From contig NW_027590802.1 of assembly GCF_964213995.1 (NCBI RefSeq), positions 1 through 64,000 on the forward strand: a stretch of DNA of 64,000 bases, read 5' to 3'. Under the pieces are notes generated by a model that made no database searches, was not told where the DNA came from, and worked only from the letters and a program-made list of their open reading frames with translations. Every line of letters starts with the position of its first letter. The stretch's first letter is position 1. The position numbers and the translations under genes were made by a program. Positions 26,150 through 37,587 of this stretch are shown here, piece after piece. Source of the stretch: Mustelus asterias. Its lineage: Eukaryota.

Positions 26150-26450
26150 TGTGATGGTACAAGGGATAGCGTTGCTGCCTCATAGCACTAGGGGCCCTGG
26201 ATCAATTCCAGTCTTGGCTGCTGTCTGTGCAGAGTCTGCACATTCTCCCTGTGTCTGCGTGAGTTTCCTCCAGGTGCTCCGGTTTCCTCCCACTCTCTGA
26301 AAGTTGTGCTGGTTAGGTGCATTGGCCATGCTAAATTCTCCCTCAGTGTACCTGAACAGGTGCTGGAGTGTGGCGACTCGGGGATTTTTATAGTAACTTC
26401 ATTGCAATGTTAATGTTCGCATACTTGTGACACTGACGCATAAATTTAAA
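26150..26450 (+). mobile_element. HE1/V-SINE-type SINE
   Basis: Contains gcacattctccctgtgtctgcgtgagtttcctccaggtgctccggtttcctcccac and the characteristic 3' tail. Confidence 0.85.
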
Positions 26451-26945
26451 ATTTTATGAAATATGTTCTCTCTCTGTGGGATCCTGCTGTGCATATATGA
26501 CCAATAAAATTGATTCTGTGGCGTGGTGATTTGGTGGGTGAACTGGTGTTATATGCAGAGGGTAAAAATGATTCTGTCTCAATCTTTTACTCACGATGGA
26601 ATAACGTTTGAGGTCACATGTCTATGGAAAGTCACAGCACACAGAAGACATCCTAGCCCATAGGCCCTCAGACAATTGTCAGTGGCTGAAAGAATTAATA
26701 ACCGGAGACTGAGATTCAACAGAAACAAGAGCAGCAAGCCGAGTACAGTAAATGTCAAGGAAATCAATACAGTTAAACAGCCTTTCTAGAATTAGGAGCT
26801 GGACACAGGGGACGGGAGTTTACAGCCTCAATCTTCCCAAAGCTGCAAAATCCCACCCGTGTTCAACAGACCTTCCCATGCTCCGCCCCTCGCCTGCTCC
26901 GATTCCCGTGGCGGTCGGGCCGGTACAATTCCAGCCAGGACTTAC

Positions 26946-27189
26946 CCGGAACACCAACAATCGCCAGGAGGGGATAGTAAATGCACTGAATCGCCTTCAG
27001 TAGATATTCAATCCGATGAGCTGATGTTACCCACGAATAATCTGCAGTAAACCAAGAAATCCAATAGAATAAACTCCTGTCCTTGGTTGGAACATTCCAA
27101 TCCATTGTTCCCAGATTCTGATCCATTGTTGGAACATTCCAATCCATTGTTCCCAGATTCTGATCCATTGTTGAAACATTCCAATCCAT
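26946..27189 (-). CDS. GPR139-like gene 1, exon 1 (spliced product about 381 aa)
   Basis: Reads MDWNVST...IYYPLLAIVGVP-G|gtaag. The phase-1 donor joins exon 2 to give GVPVNIITIV. Intron 20869-26945. Confidence 0.88.
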
Positions 27190-27420
27190 TGTTCCCCGGA
27201 TTCTGATCTCTCCTCTCCCTCCCTCTCTCTCCACAGCCGCTGATCTCTGTTAGTGTCGGAGTTGTCGCTCCCGCTGCCTCAATGGGACAACACATTGAAC
27301 GGAACCCCTTATTAATAGAAGAGGGGAATCCCTCCAGACACACTAATCGGATCCATGGAGACTCACATCAATTACAGTCACTAAACAAACAGCTTCACTT
27401 AACCCCCTTCAATCCAACAC

Positions 27421-27428
27421 TTTTTATA
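27421..27428 (-). promoter_or_regulatory. Candidate TATA box of GPCR gene 1
   Basis: TATAAAAA on the minus strand, about 230 bp upstream of the first ATG. Confidence 0.45.
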
Positions 27429-27544
27429 CCCAAAGTAGAACATTTACAGCCGAGATGGGATGTTCCTGGTCAGGGAGTTATGGAAAGTTGGAAATAATGG
27501 AGGGTCGGACCGTAAATCTTTCAGTATTCATTCTATGTAACAGA

Positions 27545-27558
27545 GCTCCCTCTGCTAG
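27545..27558 (-). promoter_or_regulatory. CTCF-like motif upstream of GPCR gene 1
   Basis: CTAGCAGAGGGAGC matches 12/14 positions of CCRSYAGRKGGCRS. Confidence 0.45.
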
Positions 27559-27960
27559 TGTTCATTTTGAGATGACTAGGATATAAAAGCAGGGGTATAC
27601 TGTTGAGTTTTTATAAGACTCTGTTCAGACCACATTCAGAATATTGTCAGCAATTTTAGGCCCCGTATCCGAGGACGGATGTGTTGGATTTGGAGAGGGT
27701 CCAGAAGAGGTTCAGAAGAATGATCCGGGGAATGAAAGACATAACGCATGAGGAGCGTCTGAGGACTTTGGGTCTATACTCGATGGAGTTTGGAAGGATG
27801 AGGAGGGGGATACCATTGAAACTTACAGAATAATGAAAGGCCTGGATAGAGTATACTTGGGGCTGATATTTCATTAGTAGGAGAGGCACAACCTCAGAGG
27901 AAACGGATGACCCTTTGGAACTGGGATGTGGACCTGCCGGCATTGGACTGGGGTGGGCAC

Positions 27961-28060
27961 AGTAAGAAGTCTCACAGCACCAGTTGTCCACTCACCTGAT
28001 GAAGGAGCAGCGTTCCGAAAGCTCGTGGGACTTTAACCTGCTGTTGTGAGACTTCTTACT
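27961..28060 (+). mobile_element. Penelope-derived fold-back mini-element
   Basis: Terminal inverted repeats agtaagaagtctcacagcaccag / ctgctgttgtgagacttcttact enclose a hammerhead motif. Confidence 0.7.
27991..28029 (+). ncRNA. Minimal type I hammerhead ribozyme motif
   Basis: cac-CTGATGA-a-GGAGC-agc-GTTCC-GAAA-gctc-gtg: intact core boxes, stem II, a CUC cleavage triplet and stem I cac/gtg. Confidence 0.7.
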
Positions 28061-28479
28061 TTCGAAATTTGACGAGGAGGAATTTCTTCAGCCAGAGGCT
28101 GGCGAATCTGTGGAATTAATTGTCACACAAGGCTGTGGAGGCCAGGTCATTGAGTGTATTTAAGAAAGAGATATCTAGGTTCTTAACTGGTAAAGTGCTC
28201 TAGGGTTATGGGGAAAAAGCGGGAGAATGGGTTTGAGAAACTTATCAGCCAGAATTGAATAGTGGAACAGGCTCAATGGGCCTAATGGCCTAATTCTGTT
28301 CCTATATTTTATTGTCTTATAGGTATCATGGATGTGGCTTTTAGATGAGGTTAAAGTTAATCAGGGTTGATATAGTCTGCTAAATCCAGGCTGTAGCCGA
28401 TCTTATATACAGCTTATGTCCAGAACAACCTTAGTAAGGGACTTCACACAGATCAATCTCTCAGTGTTATGTGCAGTAC

Positions 28480-30993
28480 AATCTGAGCAAGAGGAACAGA
28501 TTGGGAAGCAGATCCTGGAGAGATGTGATAATAACAGAGTGGTCGTGATGGGAGATTTTAATTTCCCAAATATCGATTGGAATATCCCTAGGGTAAGCGG
28601 TTTATATGGGGAGCAGTTTGTTAGGTGTGTTCAGGGGGGCTTCCTGACAGAGTATGTGGATAAGCCTACAAGAGGAGAGCCTGTACCTGATTTGGTATTA
28701 GGGAATGAACCTGGGCAGGTGTCAGATCTCTCAGTGGGAGAGCACTTTGGGGATAGTGATCATAACTCAATCTCCTTTACATTAGCATTGCAGAGAGATA
28801 GGATCAGTCAAGCTAGGAAAGTGTTTATTTGGAGTTAGGGTAATTATGAGGCTATTAGGCAGGAAATTAGAGGCATAAATTGGAAGGAGGTTTTCTCAGG
28901 GAAATGTACAGAAGAAATGTGGCAAGGAAAATGTGTCTGGAGCTCTGCACAGCAACGTACGAATGAGACAGGGGAGTTATGGTAGGTCACAGGAACCATG
29001 GTGCACGAAAGCTGTAACGAATTTAGCCAAGAAGAAAAGAAAAGCCTACAAAAGGTTCAGGGAGCTAGGTAATGTTATAAATCTAGAAGAGTATACGACT
29101 AGTAGGAAGGAACTTAGGAGGGAAATTCGAAGAGCAAGAAGGGGTCATGAGAAGGCCTTGCTGGGCAGGATAAAGGAAAACCCCAAGGCATTCTACAAGT
29201 ATGTTAAGAGCAAGAGGATAAGATGTGAAGGAGTAGGACCTATCAAATGTGACGGTGGGAAAGTCTGTTTAGAACCGATAGAAATGGCAGAGGTACTCAA
29301 TGAATATTTTGCTTCAGTATTCACAGTGGAAAAGGATCTTGGTAGTTGCAGTGCAGACTTCCTGTGGACTGAGAATATTGAGCATGTGGACATTAGGAAA
29401 GAGGATGTGTTGGAGCGTTTGGAAAGCATCAAGGTAGATAAATCGCCGGGACCGGATGGGGTGTACCCCAGGTTACTATGGGAGGCGAGGGAAGAGATTG
29501 CTGAGCCTCTGGCGATGATCTTTGCGTCATCAATGGAGACGGGAGAGGTTCTGGAGGATTGGAGGATTGCGGATGTGGTTCCGTTATTGAAGAAAGTGAG
29601 AAGCGATAGCGCAGGAAATTATAGACCGGTGAGTCTAACCTCAGTGGTTGGTAAGTTGATGGAGAAGATCCTGAGAGGCAGGATTTATGAACATCTGGAG
29701 AGGAATAGTATGATCAGAAATAGCCAGCACGGCTTTGTCCAGGGCAGATCATGCCTTACGAGCCTAATTGAATTTTTTGAAGATGTAACTAGACACATAG
29801 ACGATGGAAGAGCGGTAGACGTAGATTATATGGATTTCAGCAAGGCGTTTGATAAGGTGCCCCATGAAAGGCTCATTGAGAAAGTGAAGGGGCATGGGAT
29901 ACAAGGGGACATGCTTTGTGGATTCAGAACTGGCTTCCCCACAAAAGGCAAAGAGTGGTTGTAGATGGGTCTTTTTCAGCATGGAGGTCAGTCACCAGTG
30001 GAGTGCCCCAGGGATCTGTTCTGGGACTCTTGCTCTTTGTGATTTTTATAAATGACCGAGATGAGGAAGTGGAAGGATGGGTTGGCAGGTTTGCTGATGA
30101 CACAAAGGTTGGTGGTGTTGTGGATAGTGTAGAGGGATGTCAGCAGTTGCAACGAGACATAGATAAGATGCAAGACACGGCGGAGAAGTGGCAGATGGAC
30201 TTCAACACAGATAAGTGTGTGGTGGTTCATTTTGGCAGGTCGAATAGGATGAACGAATGTAATATTGAGGGTAAGACGCTTGGCAGTGTGGAAGATCAGA
30301 AGGATCTTGGGGCCCGGGTTCATAGGACGCTCAAAGCAGCGTCTCAGATAGGGGCTGTGGTTCAGAAGGCGCATGGAATACTGGCCTTCATCAATAGAGG
30401 AACTGAGTTTAGAAATCGGGAGATATTGCTGCAGCTGTATAGGACCCTGGTAAGACCCCACCTGGAGTACTGTGCCCAGTTCCGGTCGCCTCATTACAGA
30501 AAGGATGTGGAAGCCATAGAAAGGGTGCAGAGGAGATTTACAAGGATGTTGCCTGGATTAGGTGCCTTATGAGGATAGCTTGAGAGAGCGAGGTCTTTTC
30601 TCCTTGGAGAGGCGAAGGATGAGGGGTGATCTGATAGAGGTGTATGAGATGTTGAGGGGTATTGATAGAGTGGATTCTCAGAGGCTTTCACCCAGGTCTG
30701 TAATGGTTGCCACAAGAGGTCACAGCTTTAGGGTGCTGGGGAGTAGGTACAGAGGAGATGTTAGGGGTACGTTTTTCACTCAGAGGGTGGTGGGTGCGTG
30801 GAATCGGCTGCCGGTAGTGGTGGTGGAGGCGGATTCGATAGGGTCTTTTAAGAGACTTTTAGATAAGCCCATGGAAGTTAGTAAGATATAAGGTTATAGG
30901 AAGCCTAGTAGGTAAGGACATGTTCGGCGCAACTTGTGGGCCGAAGGGCCTGTTTGTGCTGTAGCTTTTCTATGTTCTGTGTTCTATGTTCTA
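28480..30993 (+). mobile_element. CR1 LINE ORF2 (endonuclease C-terminus plus RT), frameshifted
   Basis: MGDFNFP, GDSDHN, KSPGPDG, QHGF, DFSKAFD and FADD motifs; ttctatg tail. Confidence 0.95.
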
Positions 30994-31259
30994 AGTAATG
31001 AGTACAATTGGTTGAGATTATTCGAAGGAAGATGAGAATGATGCATTAATGAGTCAGCAGAAATCATTGCACTCTTAGAAATTTGCCAGACGAACACTTT
31101 TACATTTTGAAGATCAAGCTAAGTTGAGAAGTCAGGTTGAAAGAGACGGTTTTCTTCTTGAATTAAGTAACGTGGGCTCACATTCGAACCATTGGACCCT
31201 GCAGCAACACAGCGCGGTTGAACATTGCCGACAGGCCGATGAGCAGCAGGGTGCTGTCA

Positions 31260-31333
31260 GTTTCTGTAGTGTAGTGGTTATTACATTCGCCTCACACGCG
31301 GAAAGACCCCGGTTTGAAACAGGGCGCAAGCAC
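31260..31333 (+). tRNA. tRNA-Val(CAC)-like, degenerate/pseudo
   Basis: GTTTCTGTAGTGTAGTGGTTATTACATTCGCCTCACACGCG...; mismatches in the T-arm and acceptor stem; followed by TTTT. Confidence 0.8.
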
Positions 31334-31384
31334 TTTTGGATCCTTCTCGTTAAGCTTGGGCGAAGTCTGCATGATTTAATAAAG

Positions 31385-31486
31385 ATTTGACAAGGAGTCA
31401 ACTGGACTCGAAACGTCAGCTCTTTTGTCTCCTTACAGATGCTGCCAGACCTGCTGAGACTTTCCAGCATTTTCTCTTTTGGTTTC
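31385..31486 (+). mobile_element. Penelope-like terminal fragment with a decayed hammerhead
   Basis: gagtc-aactg-gactc-GAAA-cgtc with a mutated CTGANGA box, followed by acagatgctgccagacctgctgag. Confidence 0.65.
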
Positions 31487-32461
31487 TGCATGATTCAACA
31501 TTCAGCGAACCTCGAGGTTACACCAACTCAAATGCATTTAGGAAAATCAGATCTTACATCAACTCAAATGCTTTGAGGAAAATCAGAAATGCTGTATTTT
31601 AGGACGCTATGACAGCAAATAAATGTTTGTATGGTTTGCATACATATTCGCTCCTCGTTCAGCCCACAACAGAATTTAATGGGTTTATGGATGCAGACTA
31701 ACATATCTAATCACCATCTGAAACATGTCTGAAAGTATTGCCTCCTCATGAAGGCAAACGGAAGTGAAGCTGCAATTGAATTAGAGGTAATGGCGCACAT
31801 TTTTTCGAAGCATCATTTTAAAAATTGTTCTTCATGATAAAGAAATAGGAAACAAACACTCAGGCAGATGAGGAAATCGCGAATCAGTGCGGACCTGCTG
31901 GACTTCCTACAGATGAACGAGATTTAAATGCCACAATGTTTTACACACAGAATAAAGAAGGGTCAAGTATAAATAACAGATCATTCTTAAATCTCTTCCC
32001 TTGGAAGATATGTGATTTTTAAAAAAAGTATGGTCATTCTCCAATAAGTACCATAGGATGTGTATTACCCAGTGAATAGATTTATTTTGATGGTCAGTCA
32101 TGTTTGCAATTCAATATTTTATATTTCAGAGATACTCAATTCAGAATGCGGACATCTGGTTAAATAAATGTACTGATATTAAATGTTGAATAACGAACCA
32201 ATACTGGATATAAACGGTTGAAATTATTGGACGGAAGATGAGAATGATGCATTAATGATTGAGCAGAAATCATTGCTCCCTTAGACATTTGCCGGACGAT
32301 CGCTTTTTAACTTTGAAGTACAAGATAAGTTGAGATATCAGGTTCAAAGTAACGGATGTGTTCTTGTATTGAGTGACATGGGCCCTCAATCTCACCATTA
32401 GAACCTGCAGCAACACTGTGGAGTTGAACATTGTAGTCAGGCCGATTGGCGGCGCTATGCG

Positions 32462-32525
32462 GTCACTTGGTTATCACATTCACCTCATACGCAGGCGGTT
32501 CCTGGTTCCTGACCAGGAAGGAACA
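32462..32525 (+). pseudogene. Highly decayed tRNA-Val pseudogene in a segmental duplicate
   Basis: tggttatcacattcacctcatacgc...; flanks match those of the tRNA at 31260. Confidence 0.6.
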
Positions 32526-32967
32526 TTCATTTAGGTTTCCCATGTAGGGTGAGAGAAATATGTTTGATTTCAGTTTGTTGGTAAACATTATCTGAATCTC
32601 GATGTTGCAGCCATATTATCTTTGCTCTGACTCCGGCCTCACATGCTTTCTCCAAAATCAGAAATGCTGAATTTGATGACGCACATTATACAAAATTGTG
32701 TAAATTCTCTCAGACATTCTGGATTATGAACAAAACGTAATTGAGATTAACATTTACTTAATGTCTTAAACTTACTTGATGAAAATCTTTGAGTAGAATT
32801 TAACTTAAAATAGTCAGTTTCTGTTGAAAAGCCATTAGCTAACATCAATTTCTCCAGAGAAGCGGACGAAAGTTCGCCAGCATCTGTCTGAAGAGATCGA
32901 AAGTTAATGCAGACATTTTTTATCCAAAGTAATATGGAATTGGTAAACCTATTTTAAAGTTTCACGC

Positions 32968-33040
32968 CGAACCAGCCAGGAGTTGAACTTAGAGCCTTCT
33001 GATATGCAGGTAGAGCCGTTACCCATTACGCCACTGGCCC
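32968..33040 (-). pseudogene. tRNA-Arg(ACG)-derived pseudogene
   Basis: GGGCCAGTGGCGTAATGG...ATCAGAAG...GTTCAACTCCTGGCTGGTTCG; the anticodon arm is scrambled. Confidence 0.7.
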
Positions 33041-33469
33041 ACACCCAACCTTGTGGAAGATGTTACATATTGGTCCAACGTTTCGAAATCAGGCAGAATT
33101 TTTAAAAAATTCTGCGTTCACTTGTGAGGAAAAGTTTCATCATTCAGAGTGTCTTTATTCATTTACAATCATCCCTAATTGCCCTTGAATTGAATTGCTG
33201 AGTTAACCTGCCGTGTTGGAATTCAAACTGCTGTCTAAATACAATAAGGCTATCCAACTACTCACCGTTCCCCTCAGTGAATCAACGATCGAATATTACT
33301 TGAACATAATATTTTACACACATGTGCCATTAGCTCTTACATATGCCTCAACATGTATCCAGAACAAAGAAATAGAAGTGTTGTAAATTCTCTGCACACT
33401 GAGCAGGAAAAGAACTGCTCTTATTTTGACTCAGCAAACATATTATCAGTTCGTGCAGTGTCTTCGTGA

Positions 33470-33865
33470 GCAGGTCAGAGGCTGGGAATCCTGCAGCGAG
33501 TAACTCACCTGACTCCCCAAAACCTGTCCACCATCTACAAGGCATAAGTCGGGTGTCAGTGGATACTCCCCACTTATCTGGATGATGCAGGAACTCACCA
33601 AATACACTCGAGACAGCTGTTTTCAAATCCAAAACCGCAACCACCTGTAGGTTCCCCTCAAGGCAATCAATGACCTTGACTTGGAAATATAATGACCAGG
33701 AAAAACAACCCGTACCCCTTCACGAACAGCATTATGGATGTACCTGCACCAATACACTGCACTGCTCAAGAAGGCAGCTCGCCACCACCTTCTCAAGGGT
33801 AATTAGTGATGGGTAATAAATGCAGGCCCAGCCAGTGACACCCACATCTCGTTAATGAATAAAAG
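33470..33865 (+). mobile_element. CR1/L2-group LINE 3' fragment (second family)
   Basis: ctgtccaccatctacaaggc (LSTIYKA) and tail caccaccttctcaagggtaattag; same family as 35745-36550. Confidence 0.7.
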
Positions 33866-34584
33866 AAAAAGAACGGGCAATCATGGGATCCCTTGAACAG
33901 ATGAAGGGTGACAAACTGAATGTCCGCTGCCAAGTCAATCCTTTTGAAAATGTTTTTTCTCGTGAGCGTGTTGTGCTGATGGATTCCCTGCAGTTTGTGC
34001 TCAGGATTTCAAACCAGACCACATATTAACCAATCCCGCTGTCTGCACCTGAAAGAAATGCACAAAACCTGCGGATTAGTCAATAAACATCAAACAGCTC
34101 GGCCGGCATGTGAAGTCTAGACTTCTCGCATACTTTGATTTCAAAGACCAAGAGCAAGAATCGTTCCGCTCGACCAATGACTCTACACTTGCAGTCCTTT
34201 CACCAAAGTCTCACTCATTTGTTTGCACCCAAAGCAGCTTATAAATCTCTTTAAAAGCCAAAATTGTTGAAAGCACTCAGCAGAGAAACATAGAATCCCG
34301 ACAGTGCTGAAAGAGACCATTCGACCCATCGCGTCTGCACCGACCACAATCCCACCCAAGGCCCTATCCCCATCACCCTATGCATTTACCCTAGCTGGCC
34401 CCCCACCCGCCCCCACGCCCCCGCCCCCCCGCCCCCCCACCCCCCCGCCCCTCCCCCGCCCCTCCCCCGCCCCCCCCCCCAATCAACTCAACAGGAAAAT
34501 CCGAGCTGCAATAAAAAGCATTTGCTGACAGACGGCGCCAAATTCAAGTCCCAGCGTCACAAATGTTAACATGTCTGGATGGCT

Positions 34585-34594
34585 TGTGATGTCA
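34585..34594 (+). promoter_or_regulatory. CRE-like TCR V promoter decamer
   Basis: TGTGATGTCA versus the AGTGAYRTCA consensus, about 150 bp upstream of the V leader. Confidence 0.45.
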
Positions 34595-34746
34595 CAATAG
34601 ACTGACCAACCACCCCTCCCCACTCCACCCAGACGCACACACACACACGCACTCACTCACTGGAATCAGCCGGACAGAGCCCGGGTTCCCTCTCTCCTCA
34701 ATCGCTGACTCATTCCGTTCGCATTCACCGAGAGAGATGGGCTGCG

Positions 34747-35239
34747 ATGCTTTTGGTCATACTGGCGGCGCTCTCGCACAGTCAGCACTGGATGATGTTC
34801 ATCAAACCGGATAAATATATTGATGGCAACTTGATTAACAATCTAAAATATCCATGCGATGCGCAGAATGGAGATTCCACAAACTATCGCAGATACAAAC
34901 ACATTTACGTTAACACTTGATATTTCATTCTTCTGCCTTTCCAGACGGGCTGTGCGTAGATCCAGTAACTCAGTCACCGGTGACAATAACCGCATCGGAA
35001 AGGGGCTTTGGCGCAGTTACATTGTAATTAGAGAGAAAAGGATATGCACAGCATGCAATGGTATCAGCAGAAACCGGCACAGCCACCGACATGGATTATT
35101 TCCAAAATATTAACAATGAAGGAAGATAAAGTTTCAGGACGATATCTGGCGATAGCTAACAAGTCTAATCAGAACGGTTACCTTAATATCAGCCACCTTC
35201 AGTGTGGGGGACGGGGCTGTCAATTACTGTGCAATTAGG
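34747..35239 (+). pseudogene. TCR alpha/delta-like V gene pseudogene (V1): leader 34747-34780, V exon 34945-35239
   Basis: Leader MLLVILAALSH|gt and acceptor tttccag. V reads DPVTQSP...LHCN*...MQWYQQKPAQPPTWII...LNISHLQ/VGDGAVNYCAIR, with two frameshifts and one stop. Confidence 0.85.
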
Positions 35240-35278
35240 CACAACGTTAGATTACAGTTAAAACCCCGTACAAAGACC
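35240..35278 (+). promoter_or_regulatory. Recombination signal sequence, 23-bp spacer
   Basis: CACAACG + 23 nt + ACAAAGACC directly after YCAIR. Confidence 0.85.
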
Positions 35279-35744
35279 TCAGCCATTTTCTACAGGTCCA
35301 TTAAGTTTGCTTCTGCGAGAATGGTTTGTCCCCGGGTTCACGAAGGCAGTCAGATCTATTTATCGGGCATTTTGTCCTGATTGAGATCGGCAAAGAAGCA
35401 GTTTGGGAAATCCCCATGCTGCGATTTACATAGTAAGCACGAACCAGGAATATCATCAGCAGGGTGAACTCAGGTGAAAATATGGCAGGAAATTACAGGC
35501 TGTTCTTTCAGAATTGCTAGCTCAAATACCACGACCCCCCCCCCCCCCCCCCAGACACCGAATCTCCGGTACACTTGGAGTATGCTAAATACTAATTGGA
35601 TAAAAATCTTAAGTGCTTAACAAATGAGATGTAGAATAACTGCCACATAGACTCACCAAACAACACGACTATTATTATAAATCCGGGACACAGATGCCTA
35701 CCCATCAGCACGAAGATAGTCGATTCTCACAGCTGACATTGGTG

Positions 35745-36550
35745 TATTGTGTGGTGGTGAGCTGCCTTCTTGAAGCGCTGCCCGAGATGCAGGTACACCC
35801 ACGTGCTGTTAGTGAGGGAGTTCCAGGGTGTTGACCCAGTGAGCGTGAAGGAATAGCGATATATTTCCAAGTAAGGATGTGGAATAACTTGGAAGGGAAC
35901 CTCGAGGTTGTCGTGTTCCCATTTGTCTGCTGCCCTTGTCCTTCGTGTGTTTGGATTTTGCGATCTAAAAAAAACCTTGGTGAGTTGCTGCAGTGTATCC
36001 TGTAGATGGTGCACACGGCTGCCACTGTTCGTCTGTGGTGGCAGGAATGGATGTTTATGGAATGGGTAGCAATCAAGCGGGCTGCTTTGTCATGTATCTT
36101 GTCGACCTTATTGAGTTTCGTTGGAGCTACATTCATCCAAGCAAGCAGAGAGTATTCCATCACACTCCTGACTTGTACCTTATAGATGCTGGACAGGCTT
36201 TGGGGAGTCACGAGGCGTGTTACTCGCCGCAGGATTCATTAGATCTGCTCTGGTAGCCACTGTATTAATATTCCTGGGTCCAGTTCAATTTTCGGTCAAC
36301 TCCCAGGATGTAGATGATGGTGGGGGTGGGGGGAGGGTGTGTGTGTTGGGGGGGGGGGGGGGGAGGGAGGTGGGGGAGGTGGGGAGGCGGGAGCAGGGGG
36401 GAGGATTCAGCGATGGCAATGCCATTGAACATCAAGGAACGTTGGTTAGATCCTCTCTTTTAAGAGATGATCATGGTCTGGAACTTGTGCGACGTGAATG
36501 TTGCTTGTTTATCAGATCAAACCTGAATATTGTTTAGGTCTTGCGGTATT
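35745..36550 (-). mobile_element. CR1/L2-group LINE fragment with an embedded G-rich tract
   Basis: SLSSIYKVQVRSVMEYSLLAWM motif of the RT C-terminus. Confidence 0.8.
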
Positions 36551-36577
36551 TGGGCATAGACCAAATGTCTGATTCGA

Positions 36578-36872
36578 GACATAGAAACATAGAAAAAGGA
36601 GCAGGAGGAGGCCATTCGGACCTTTCAGCCTGCTCCACCTTTCATTACGATCATGGCTGATCGTCCAACTCAATAGCCTAATCCTGCTTTACCCCCACAA
36701 CTTTTGATCTCATTTGCCCAAAGTGCTATTTCTAGCCGCCTCTTGAATGCATTCAATGTTTTGCCATCAACTACTTCCTGTGGTAATGAATTTCACAGGC
36801 TCGCCACTCTTTGGGTGAAGAAATGTCTCCTCAGCTCCGTCCTAAATGGTCTACCCCGATTCCTCAGACTGT
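36578..36872 (-). mobile_element. CR1 3' end
   Basis: catagaaa tail and FFTQRV..LWNSLP remnants. Confidence 0.85.
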
Positions 36873-37129
36873 AAGACAATGCAGTATCATCCTTAAATTA
36901 AAGAATGCGGATGATTTTCTCATCACAAAACCCACTCTCACTGAGTGGCTGCTTCTTCAATCGGATAAGTTATGCCCTGACTGTCAATATGTCTGAGCAA
37001 AGCCGCTGTCAGGAATTGCAAAGCCCTGGCAACGGCGCTCACATACTCCATTTCCTGTTCTCGTTCTGACACGTCTTGCCTGCAGTGTGCTGTTTATTTG
37101 ATCGCTACGGCAACTGTAAACAGGCGTGA

Positions 37130-37168
37130 GGTTTTTGTACAGTGACTGCCGTCTTTCCTCTCAGTGTG
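37130..37168 (-). promoter_or_regulatory. Recombination signal sequence, 23-bp spacer
   Basis: Minus strand CACACTG + 23 nt + perfect nonamer ACAAAAACC. Confidence 0.93.
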
Positions 37169-37587
37169 GGCTCTATCGCACAGTAATACAAAGCGGTATC
37201 CGTGCTCTCCGTGTTTTCAATCATCAACTGGCTCGATTTGTCCGCAGTGGAAAGTTGCAATTCGAATCGGTCCTTTCTCTCTTTGCCATCCGAGAATCTG
37301 CGTATTATCCACTGCAGACCCTGACCGGGCTTTTGTCTGTACCGATACATTCTGTAAATGCTGGACATATCATAGCTGCAGTTTAGCCGCACCGAATCCC
37401 CGCTCTGGGCTGTTCTGGCTATGGGAGTTTGTGAAACTTGGTCCGAACGACACCGATCTATAAAAAAAACATTTAGTCAATTCGGCACTGGAGCAAAATG
37501 CACTTAAATAGCAGTCTCGACACGTTATAGAGTAAATTTCTTGCACTTACAAATTAGTAGAACCATAATAAAATGGAACAGACTCAT
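37169..37587 (-). CDS. TCR alpha/delta-like V gene segment (V2), in frame but Trp41->Arg: leader 37587-37551, V exon 37457-37169
   Basis: MSLFHFIMVLLI|gtaag...tag|. V reads RCRSDQVSQTP...VRLNCSYDMSSIYRMYRYRQKPGQGLQWI...DRF...DTALYYCAIEP; both conserved Cys are present. Confidence 0.9.

Larger units (their letters stand above)
27565..28322 (+). mobile_element. Degenerate CR1 3' fragment, interrupted at about 27925-28065
   Basis: YKSR, LERVQ.RF and FFSQR remnants, plus 3' UTR. Confidence 0.8.

Noticed and set aside
16079-30891. RT-like ORFs as a host gene or an autonomous element
   Set aside because: All are truncated or frameshifted CR1 copies; none has a complete ORF1 plus ORF2.
37250-37310. 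Apparent CDR2 deletion in V2 (NAR-like)
   Set aside because: The position-41-to-Cys104 spacing (53 aa) is normal for V-alpha domains.
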